Source: an uncultured Clostridia bacterium (GTDB lineage: Bacteria > Bacillota > Clostridia > Oscillospirales > Acutalibacteraceae). From it: 63,326 nt of DNA. The stretch covers positions 1 to 63,326 of the forward strand of contig CAMVYG010000001.1 of assembly GCA_947171615.1 (NCBI GenBank). Reading direction: 5' to 3'. The position numbers and the translations under genes were made by a program. Under the pieces are notes generated by a model, which saw nothing but the letters and a program-made list of their open reading frames with translations, had not been told where the DNA came from and did not search any database. Of the stretch, positions 7,812 to 17,000 are shown in pieces. Position 1 is the first letter of the stretch. Every line of letters starts with the position of its first letter.

Positions 7812-10800
7812 GGTTCTCCGGATTCTCCGGATCGTATCCAGTATACAACGAGATTGAAATAAATGCAACCTTATTTCCAGAATTTGTTACAGAAATTGCA
7901 TTTCCGGCTCCATCTGTAGCATTATTAATATCCAGACTTGCCTCCAGATAGAACTTTCCGTCTGTGGGAATGTTCTTCATGGCTTCCGCCCAACCGGTAG
8001 CGGTGGGAGAAGTTCCTTCTTCCGCATCTGCGGGAATGTAGTTGCCATCGATCTCTTCCGCGTCAGCAGCGGGATTGCCATCGGCGCTCTTCTTCAGTGT
8101 CCAGGAAACCTGAGGAGGTGTTCCGGTTGCCGTCAGAGGAATCACCAGAGCCTGAGTATTCACAGTGGTGGAAGCGCTGTTATAGCTGCTTACCAGATCC
8201 AGCAGATCCTGGTTTGTGAGCAGGCTGCCGGCATCGATATGAAGCTTTGCTACCTCAATATCGTCAAGGAGATCCAGAGCGCCGGAAACCTTCTCGTAGT
8301 CTGCGGTCTCCCATGCAGACTTCACCTTGGAAGACTCCTTGAAGCAGTAGGAAACCTTGCCGTCTACCTTGTAATCCAGACCGCTGAAGGGACTTACCCA
8401 ATCGGCAGCATCGATCTGCTTCAGGTCGTTATCGGGCTCCACCTTTACGGTTACATTTCCGGAGCCGTTTGTGCTTACATTGATCGTGGCGGTATCCTGC
8501 GTGCCCGCGAAGGGAGTTTCCAGCAGGAAGTACTTGATGTTTCCATTGGGATCGGGATACATGAGGATCAGATCGGTGGTGTCCCGATTGAATTCCGTAT
8601 CTCCGGTGCCTGCGTTGGTAACGCCGGTGATATCAAAGGTAACGGTGTAATTCTGAGGATTGTCCTTATCGTTATCATTTACAACCGTTGCCGCGCAGTG
8701 ATCGGGGGCAATGGTCATCTTTTCGGTATCGGCCTCATTGGTCAGGCTCAGGGCAACATTATTGGTGATATCATAGCCAGTATCGGGAGTTACCTTATTG
8801 GTATCATCCAGCTGGATCTCACTGATGATCTTTGCCTTGGCTGCCTCACCGGCGCCATTTGTAACATTTACTTCATTCAGAGGCGCGCTGGGATCATCGC
8901 CGGCCTCGGTAACGCTCTGGGTGCTGTACTGCGCCTTCAGCTGATACTCGGCGGGGGTGCCCGCAGCAGGCTCTGAGGTGGGGAAGAGCGCGCTTGTTAC
9001 TTCAGCGCCATCGTCAGCATTGAGCCACTTCTCCACGGTGGGATATACGCTGATGGTATGCTCCGCACCGGCACGGGCCACAAGGTCTCCCTCGCCGTCA
9101 CGGGTCAGGTGCACCGCAAGGGTCTTGGCGGTCTTGGGCAGGCGATCCTTAATGAGATCAAAGTCTACCGCACCGGCGGTCAGCGCTTCGTTATACTGCA
9201 TCTGGAGAGTATCGGGAGATACAGAGGGCAGGCCCTCGGCTGTCCAGAGAATATAATCTTCCACGTTGTAGGTCTTTTCAATGGGGAGAGAGGGGGCCAG
9301 GCCGGTAATGCCCTCGCCGGACTCTCTTCTCACGGTGTACCAGAGCTTGCCGCCCATGGGATCCAGAGCGGTGGCAGCATCTACGCCGTCATCCAGTTCC
9401 GCATCGAGAGCCGTCTGTGTATCATCGGTTCCCAGTTTCGCGGAAGCAATGTGGCCGCTGAGTGCGCCGCTCTCGGCGTCATACCCGGTGTAGATATCTA
9501 CAACAAGGTTCTGATAGCCGTCAGCCGCGGGACCATTGTGCACGGTGATCGCATCGGTCTTGGGATAGGGATTGTTCTGCGCGTTGGTATCGTCAGAACC
9601 GATGATCTCACTGGGCTTAGGCGTTTCTGTTTCATCATAGCGCTTTTCAACGATCTCCACCTTCTGAGTGATGGTGGGCTGTGTCCAGCTGGAAGGCAGG
9701 TTGATGGGCAGCTTGCTGCCGTCATTATTTACCTGGTCAAGAGCCTCCAGGGCATTCCAGTTTACCACGCCATTCTTCAGAGTGATGGTGAAGTTTTCGG
9801 GGTTATCACCTGTCGCGTTATGATCCCAGTTTGCGTTCTGATAGATGTTATCTGCCAGAGGCATGGACCAGGTAGCGGCAGGATCCTTTGCGCTGGCGCT
9901 GAGCTTATAGCCATAGGAAAGCTCAGGCGCAACCACGCCGGTCAGGGTGCCGATGTAATCAATGACCTCGGCTGCCGTGTAGGTATCGCCTTCGGCCTTA
10001 CCCAGAGCGGTCAGCATATCTCCCTTTACAATCTGCACGGTATCGGGAGCGGGATTCTTCACGTCAAACAGGAGATATTCCTCCTGCAGGGGTACCTGCC
10101 AATCAGGGTTCACAGGGAGAACCTTGTTGATACCGTCTGAAATCTGGGTGCAAATGCTCAGCTTTGTTCCCTTGTTTCTGGCGGTCTGCTCAAAGGCCAC
10201 TGTGTAATCCCACTGGGTATCCGGAATCTTTTCTTCCACGATGATGTTCGTATCGCCTGTCAGCGGATGTATTCCATAAGCAGTGCTGACAACATCGCCG
10301 TTTTCATCCTTCAGAAGAACAGAAACCTTACCGGGAGCTGCCTTCAAAGCATCGCTCAGTTCACCGGCGGTATCGCCTGTGATCTTCAGAACGTCCTTCA
10401 TGTCATTTTCCCAGGGAGCGTTTCTCTCCATGGAATAGGTGGCATTTTCAATGTTGATCTCGGTAGCCACCACAGCGTTGATCTTCACAACATGGGGATT
10501 GGGCAGCGGGTTGGTGTAATCAATTACATCCGTTGCGCCGGAGTGGGTCTTATAATCCGCGCTTTCGGGAATTTGAATATCCACGCGGAACAGATCTCCC
10601 ACATTCTTGCCTGCCGCATTCAATGTGTCGATATCAGACTCTGTGGCATTACCCTGATCGTCTACGGTATAGATCGTGGTATTTGCCAGAGCGTCATAGG
10701 TATCGCCGTCAGTGCCGATCCACTTCTTCAGGGCGGCGCTGGTAAGCTCGTATTCATGGAACTCCAGCACTCCCTCGTCTGTAAGGGGACCAACCACCTT

Positions 10801-13023
10801 GAAGGTGACGGAAGCCACATTATCCAGCAGCTTGTTGAGCTTATGATCCTTATCAAAGGACTCACTCACTTCCACATCCTGGAATACAATGGGGCCATTG
10901 CCGTCTGTTACACGAATCGGAATAGCAGTGCTTTCCTCATAGGTTTCCCCATCGGCTGCCTTGTTCAAATAACTCAGCCATACAACCTGTCCGGGGGTAA
11001 ATTCATAGCTTGATTCGCTTTTTGCAACTGAGAAGGTAAAATTCTCGGGCAGAGGATCAGAAACATTCACTCTTCCCTTCCACTGACCCACGGTATCTGT
11101 TTCATTCTCCCGCAGGCGGATAATATCTCCCGCGGTCAGATAATCCCAGGTCTTATTCATCACGGTCAGGGTGGTGTTTCCGTTTTTCGTTGCCAGATAG
11201 TAATCAGCAGAGTTGGGAATCACGTTCACCCAGATTACAGAGGCATAGCCGCCTGTGGGAACTGTCTGGCCATCTGTACGGGCAGTGGGCTGCTGATACT
11301 TTACACCGTTCTTGGTGCAATCCTGATAGGGATTCCGGATCTGGAATTTTCCGTGCTTGGTATAAACGCCATCCGTCGTCATACCATACTGCTTCAGTGC
11401 GCCGCTGTAGATGGGAGCACGTGTCCAGGAATAGGTAAGGTTGGTTTCCACCGTATTCTGTACACGGGTACCGCTTTCCACAGGAGCGGTGGTCTGAATG
11501 GACAGTTTGTTGCCGCTGTCACGCATTGCCTGCACCACGGATTTCATGGAATCTCCGATATTGATGGTGACAGGGTTTGTTTCGGAACCGAGGGCGCCTT
11601 CGGGAACCAGGCAAATATCCTCAGTATAGTAATATACCTTATCCCCGCTCTCAATTTTCTCCGACTCCAGCTCTACCTTGAGTTCTTCCCTCGGCAGGCT
11701 GGGCTCAGTCTTACTTGCTTCACGGCGGGCAATATAAATTTCGGTCTCATTCTTCAGATAGCTGTTATCCGCCGAATAGATGGTACCGGGAGTGGTATCC
11801 ACCAGCTTCAGAGCCAGGCCTTCTGTGGTATTTACCGGGTCGCCGTCGCCCAGGGTGACGGAAGCGGCATTCACAGAGCCATCGGCATTCAGCGTTACCA
11901 GGTTCTCATTTGCAATGGTGGTTTCGCCGAGGAGTTCACCATATGTACCGTCGGTTTCGCCGGTCTTGTAGATCATGACGGTATCGCCTACTCTGAACTT
12001 GGTTTCATCGGTGGGGAACTTCAGGTAGTCGGTGGTATCGTGCCCTGCCGTCTTGGTAGAGAAGGGCTCGTTTTTCTTATTGATCAGAGACTCCTTGGTG
12101 TAAGTGCCGTCAGGCGCTTCAGAGGGGTCAGTGATTTTGACATACACACGCTCACCAAAATCAATATTTTCAGTAGAAGCGCTATCGTTTGCAGTAGTGA
12201 CCGCATCATAGGTGCCATCGGGTTTCCGGCCTTTCTCATTGTAAGAAACGGCTGTACACTGGCCGCCATTGGCGTTTGTCCTTTCAGGCGCGATCTCTAC
12301 ATAGTAGTCTCCAACATCTTCGCCCGCAGTCAGCTCTATCAGGATCTCCCATGACCCTGTAGTAGGAAGGAAGCCGGAACCGCCGCTGAACTGGTTGGTA
12401 AAACGGTCAGTTGCCTTGCCGTCCTTATCCTTTTTATTCAGGTAAGCGGCTGTTGTTGCAACGAAGGGAGCAGCGCCGGGCAGATACTTTCCTACGTCGC
12501 CTTCAAATATATAAGCCTCTGAAAGGATTCCTACAACCGCAGGGTGCGCAATTGATTTCGTATTAACAGTAAAGGCTCCTTCAGGGAACTGCAAAACAGG
12601 TGTGGTGCCCTGCAGAAATCCAGCCCCGTCAGTGTTGTAAGAATTGATATCAATCGCCACATAGAACTTGGAACCCTTTTCTATCTGGTAAGGATCTGCT
12701 TCCGTACCGGAGCCGGTTGCCTTTGTAGGCTCAATTACCTCATCATCCAGCGCTTTCATGGCTCTTTCAAAGTCTGCCACTGTGGAAGCGGAGCTATCTT
12801 TGTTCTCCTTAACCACACCGTTCGGATGATTTTTCAGCAGGTTCTGCTCACGCTGGCTGGGTCTGCTAAAAAGGCCTGCATCGGTATCAGAGACCAAGTC
12901 GACCAGCTTTACACTCATCGAACCTATTTTTCCTGTGACCACTGCACTTGCGCTCAGTGGCAATGTCGCTACAATGAGCAGCACTACAAGAACAAGTGAT
13001 AGCGCTCTTTTCATTGTCTTCAT
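6967..13023 (-). CDS. P4: secreted protein with putative cohesin-like head B, Ig-like modules and C-terminal dockerin (2018 aa); candidate adaptor
   Basis: Start moved from 13140 to ATG 13023 (GGAGG at 13029-13033, signal peptide MKTMKRALSLVLVVLLIVATLPLSASA). Head alignable to P5. C-terminal duplicated Ca-binding loops GDVDLDSNINGVDAGFITAYVNR / MDIDLDTNSNGVDAGFITAYVNR. Confidence 0.9.
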   Translation of the reverse strand: MKTMKRALSLVLVVLLIVATLPLSASAVVTGKIGSMSVKLVDLVSDTDAGLFSRPSQREQNLLKNHPNGVVKENKDSSASTVADFERAMKALDDEVIEPTKATGSGTEADPYQIEKGSKFYVAIDINSYNTDGAGFLQGTTPVLQFPEGAFTVNTKSIAHPAVVGILSEAYIFEGDVGKYLPGAAPFVATTAAYLNKKDKDGKATDRFTNQFSGGSGFLPTTGSWEILIELTAGEDVGDYYVEIAPERTNANGGQCTAVSYNEKGRKPDGTYDAVTTANDSASTENIDFGERVYVKITDPSEAPDGTYTKESLINKKNEPFSTKTAGHDTTDYLKFPTDETKFRVGDTVMIYKTGETDGTYGELLGETTIANENLVTLNADGSVNAASVTLGDGDPVNTTEGLALKLVDTTPGTIYSADNSYLKNETEIYIARREASKTEPSLPREELKVELESEKIESGDKVYYYTEDICLVPEGALGSETNPVTINIGDSMKSVVQAMRDSGNKLSIQTTAPVESGTRVQNTVETNLTYSWTRAPIYSGALKQYGMTTDGVYTKHGKFQIRNPYQDCTKNGVKYQQPTARTDGQTVPTGGYASVIWVNVIPNSADYYLATKNGNTTLTVMNKTWDYLTAGDIIRLRENETDTVGQWKGRVNVSDPLPENFTFSVAKSESSYEFTPGQVVWLSYLNKAADGETYEESTAIPIRVTDGNGPIVFQDVEVSESFDKDHKLNKLLDNVASVTFKVVGPLTDEGVLEFHEYELTSAALKKWIGTDGDTYDALANTTIYTVDDQGNATESDIDTLNAAGKNVGDLFRVDIQIPESADYKTHSGATDVIDYTNPLPNPHVVKINAVVATEINIENATYSMERNAPWENDMKDVLKITGDTAGELSDALKAAPGKVSVLLKDENGDVVSTAYGIHPLTGDTNIIVEEKIPDTQWDYTVAFEQTARNKGTKLSICTQISDGINKVLPVNPDWQVPLQEEYLLFDVKNPAPDTVQIVKGDMLTALGKAEGDTYTAAEVIDYIGTLTGVVAPELSYGYKLSASAKDPAATWSMPLADNIYQNANWDHNATGDNPENFTITLKNGVVNWNALEALDQVNNDGSKLPINLPSSWTQPTITQKVEIVEKRYDETETPKPSEIIGSDDTNAQNNPYPKTDAITVHNGPAADGYQNLVVDIYTGYDAESGALSGHIASAKLGTDDTQTALDAELDDGVDAATALDPMGGKLWYTVRRESGEGITGLAPSLPIEKTYNVEDYILWTAEGLPSVSPDTLQMQYNEALTAGAVDFDLIKDRLPKTAKTLAVHLTRDGEGDLVARAGAEHTISVYPTVEKWLNADDGAEVTSALFPTSEPAAGTPAEYQLKAQYSTQSVTEAGDDPSAPLNEVNVTNGAGEAAKAKIISEIQLDDTNKVTPDTGYDITNNVALSLTNEADTEKMTIAPDHCAATVVNDNDKDNPQNYTVTFDITGVTNAGTGDTEFNRDTTDLILMYPDPNGNIKYFLLETPFAGTQDTATINVSTNGSGNVTVKVEPDNDLKQIDAADWVSPFSGLDYKVDGKVSYCFKESSKVKSAWETADYEKVSGALDLLDDIEVAKLHIDAGSLLTNQDLLDLVSSYNSASTTVNTQALVIPLTATGTPPQVSWTLKKSADGNPAADAEEIDGNYIPADAEEGTSPTATGWAEAMKNIPTDGKFYLEASLDINNATDGAGNAISVTNSGNKVAFISISLYTGYDPENPENQNPLQLTEGNSDVWKSLKPDSEAADNAKTAAQKYLDNLNAENAELGEDAQRDAASFRNELVFYYKIEGNKNEETLLEQEGKKEYVEKYTNPYLLEDGTEGTEADYSKLIESVSGTPIADVLTNNENVEITITEKVLGDDGYGTQRAALVDGHIQPNTGDSLTNYYDSSAATSSVVRGTEYYQIEYKVKVGTSVYVATRNVKLGYRTGDVDLDSNINGVDAGFITAYVNRTFNAFRDETGAAIPSLYRVAMDIDLDTNSNGVDAGFITAYVNRTYDLPPMRF

Positions 13024-13162
13024 AATTTCCTCCATCTTACTAGTTTTTTGATCTTTCCGGTCAGTTTTTCCTGCTCCCTTTTCCCTCCTTATTCTATTAT
13101 TTTCATTACCACAAGTCACTCCTCCATATCGAGCTTTCAAAATGAAATCAAATGGATCTATC

Positions 13163-13243
13163 TCACAACTTTCCCCCCAACGCTGTCATTCTGAGCAAGC
13201 AGTTCGCCGCCCAGAATGACAATGGGGAAAAAGTGGGAAATCT
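13163..13243 (-). promoter_or_regulatory. Conserved intergenic stem-loop, copy 2 (P3/P4 junction)
   Basis: ACTTTCCCCCCA..TGTCATTCTG-loop-CAGAATGACA..TGGGGAAAAAGT; homologous to 6801-6880 with compensatory changes. Confidence 0.7.
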
Positions 13244-13252
13244 TACGAGAGA

Positions 13253-14088
13253 TCAGAATCTCATCGGGGGAATATCATAGGTTCTGTTTACGTAGGCGGT
13301 AATAAAGCCCGCGTCAACACCGTTGGCATTGGTATCCAGGTCGATATCCATTACTGTGCGATACAGGGAAGCTATTGCTTCTCCCTTTTCATCGCAGAAC
13401 GCATTGAACGCCCTGTTTACGTAAGCGGTAACAAAGCCCGCGTCAACACCGTTGATGTTGCTGTCCAGATCCACATCGCCTGTACGGTAACCAAGCTTTA
13501 CATTTCTCGTGGCCACATACACGGAGGTTCCTACCTTCACCTTGTACTCGATCTGGTAGTATTCCGTGCCTCTTACTACAGAGCTGGTCGCAGCCGATGA
13601 GTCATAGTAGTTCGTCAGAGAATCTCCCGTATTGGGCTGAATATGGCCGTCTACCAACGCTGCGCGCTGGGTTCCGTAGCCATCGTCTCCCAATACCTTT
13701 TCGGTAATGGTGATCTCCGCATCTTCGTTACCGGCCAGCACATCTCCTATCGCGGTTCCGGCAATACTTTCAATCAGCCTACTGTAGTCCGCCTCGGTTC
13801 CTTCTGTGCCGTCTTCCAGCAGATAGGGGTTCGTATATTTCTCAACATACTCTTTGTTCCCGTTCTGCTCCAGCAGCGTTTCTTCATTCTTGTTGCCTTC
13901 TATCTTGTAATAGAACACCAACTCATCCTTGAAGGACGCTGCATCTCTCTGGGCATCTTCACCCAGCTCGGCATTCAGGTTATCCAGATACTTCTGTGCC
14001 GCTGTCTTGGCAGCATCCGATGCTTCGCTGTCCGGCTTCAGGCTCTTCCATACATCGTTGTTACCCTCTGTCAGCTGCAGGGGGTTCT
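13253..14088. repeat. Direct repeat copy 2 (3' end of P3)
   Basis: Encodes the same ~280-aa tail (NPLQLTEGN...PPMRF) as 6967-7811. Confidence 0.95.
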
Positions 14089-17000
14089 CCTCTACAGAAT
14101 ACAGGTTGATGGGCACCGCGATATAGGGATAGTTCTCAGCATTTACCGTGTAACCGGGAGTGGCATAGTCCGGGCAGGCAATGAGAGCCAGCTTACCGGA
14201 ATTCTCACGGTTCGCAAGAGCTTCGGCAATGAGGGCGTCACGGTCGTCCTGCTCCAGAGTGGTATCCTGCAGGGCCGCCATGGGCTGCCACTTGCCTTCC
14301 GCAGTCTGCTCACCCAGCGTCCAGCCAACAAAGTCCTGATCGGCGGGAGCTTCCGGCAGAGCGGTCATTCTCTTGAGGAAGCCTTCCTCCGGCGTTTCAG
14401 ACTCGCCCAGGTAATACTGATATCCCGGCTCGTCCAGATCGGCCACCAGATCCAGCAGCGTCTGTTCGGCGGAAACCATACCTGCCGTCAGGTTCAGAGT
14501 ACGGGGCTCTTCGATCCGGGTCACTACCGTACCGGTAGCGGCCTTATCGCCCTCTCTGATATAGAAGTAGGCAGTATAGGTCTTTCCGACAGGCTGGCTG
14601 ATTACAGCCTGTCCTTCCTTATCTACCACTTCCGGCAGGACAATCGATATCTTGTGGTCAGTTTTCCACCGTCCACTATTATAGCTCTGACTCCAAAGAG
14701 TGTCAATATACGTTTTGTCGATTTTTGTCGCTACATCGCCAGCGCCCATGACATAATATTCAGAACCTACCGCACCGAAGGTCAGCGCGTTGCCAGTGGA
14801 GCTTACCACCTTGATCACGCCGGGGAACTGGGCCTTTACAGACTCAAAGTCCGCACCGGGAGCCACGGTGAGAGGATTCTGGGGAGCAGAGCCCGCGCCC
14901 TGGGTGATTTGCAGATAATCCGCGATATAGGTCTGGGTCTCTGCGCCAAAGGGCTTATCCATTGTAATGGGATAGGGCTCACTTTCCATGCCGTCTCCCT
15001 GGCGGGTGATATACGCCACACCGCCTTCCACAGGCAGATAGCTCTGGAGCTTTGAGAGCAGCTCCGCTGTGGCATTCAGCAGAGGCTCATGAGTAAACTG
15101 GCCTACCAGCTTAAAGCTGTTCTCAGAATCACCTCTGGCATACACGCGAACCACGTCGCCTTCCTGCAGGGCATTTTCCACCTCGGGATGCTTCTGCCAA
15201 TAGGTGATGGTATCCGGCGTGGCGCCGTTTTCGTTGGTGATCTTGAAATCAAGCCCGGCCTCGGCGGGAATGCTCTCGGAGGGATATCCGATAGAGCCGC
15301 TGGCCGTATATTCCGTGCCGTCCACTGTGATGGAAGCCTTTACCACAGCCAGCTTTGCACTGCCCATGGCCACCGTGACGGACTGGTAATCTCCACTGGG
15401 AGTAAGGGTCACACTGCCGATGGTTCCATCGGGCTTTGCAGCCTCCAGCGTCCAGGTATCCGCTTCGCCGGTAAAGGCGGGAGCGGCAGTCTCATCGCCG
15501 TACTGATCCAGGAACTTCATCTTCAGGTCTCCCTGTGTTTCGGAAGACTTCAGTACCACATCTTCCACCTTCAGGAAGGTGAAGGTGAGCTGATCCTCTG
15601 TCAATTCACGCTTTACTTCCAGCGTATAGGTGCCGGAAATACCGTTGGCCGCAGTGGCTTCCACCAGATATCTGCCGGAAACGGCTTCACTTGTCAGGGT
15701 GAGCACACCGTTCTGATCAATGGAAACTCCCTTGGGTCTGCTCTGGATGCTCCACACGATGCCGCTCTCCATGGGCTGACCATACTGGTCGTAAGGCGTT
15801 GCCTTGAACTTGGCAGTCTCTGTGCCGGGAGTATCGGCGTCTTTCATCAGCGGTACGATCATCGTGCCGTCTGTTACGCCTTCCACAGCCTCCACATGGA
15901 TCCAGGTCACTTCGGAAGGCGTGCCTTCCTCCACCACATTGATGGTTTGTTCGCCGGTACAGTATTTGCCGTCCTTCTGAGCGGAACCGGTCACCTTTAC
16001 AGAGGTTGCCCCGCCCATGGTGAGAGTATGGCCTTCCATAGAAGGAGCCGCACCCTCGGGAGCCAGCGCCGCAGGCTCGCCGTACTTCACGGTTTCATCC
16101 GCACTGCCCATGTAGCTGCCATAGGAATCCAGGAAGGAAGCCTTCAACTCTACGGTTTCAGTGCCTTCCGGCACGGAGTTGGGCATGATCTCCAGCCCGG
16201 CGATCGCGGAATACTCCTTACCGGTGATGGAAAGCGTTTTCTCCGCTTCCAGCCCGGCGGCGGAAACAGTGAGAACGGCGGGGCCGGTAGCAGCCGTGTC
16301 ATACACGGTCACATTGCCGTTTCTGTCTACATCTACACCGATCACATAAGGATCGATGGCCCAAACCATATTCTTTACATCTACCCTGCCGCCAAACTGA
16401 TCTTTCACCTCAGCGCTGTACTGGGCTGTGCCGGGAGCGGTAATGGCATCGCTGCCCTTTACATCCAGACGGGTAATAATGATCTCGGTGGGTACCGGCT
16501 CCTCATCGGAAACGGTGATCTCCTGGGTATCGGGAGTTGCCTCGCCGGAGCTTGCCGTAACGCTGAATTTCTCTACACCCTCGGCAATGGAGGTAACGCC
16601 GTTTTCGGCTACCGTAACGCCTTCAACCGCTTCGGACAACGCCCACTGGATCTCAGCGCCGGTGATCTTCTCGCCGTACTGGTCGAGAACCTCCGCCACC
16701 AGGTGAGGCGCTTTCCGGCTTACCGCCCTTGTGAGGATCTTCACGGTGGTGGGCTGGGGATAAGCGTGGGAGGCATATACGGAAACGTCTCCACTGGCTG
16801 TCCCCGCGCCGGCAAGAGCTGCCTCCGCAGAGATCTGATAGGTCTTGCTTTCACTGTTCTGAGGCACTGTAAGCACGCCGTTTTCGTCTGTGCCGTTCCA
16901 GGTAAGAATGAGGCCTTCTGTATCGGTGAATTCCGTACCGAACTCGCCAAAGACACGGCTGTACACCTGTACCTGCTGATCAGCCGTAGGCGAGACCGTC

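Noticed and set aside
6967-14088. Diversity-generating retroelement template/variable repeat pair
   Set aside because: Both copies are coding 3' ends, differences are not confined to adenines, and there is no reverse transcriptase in the window.
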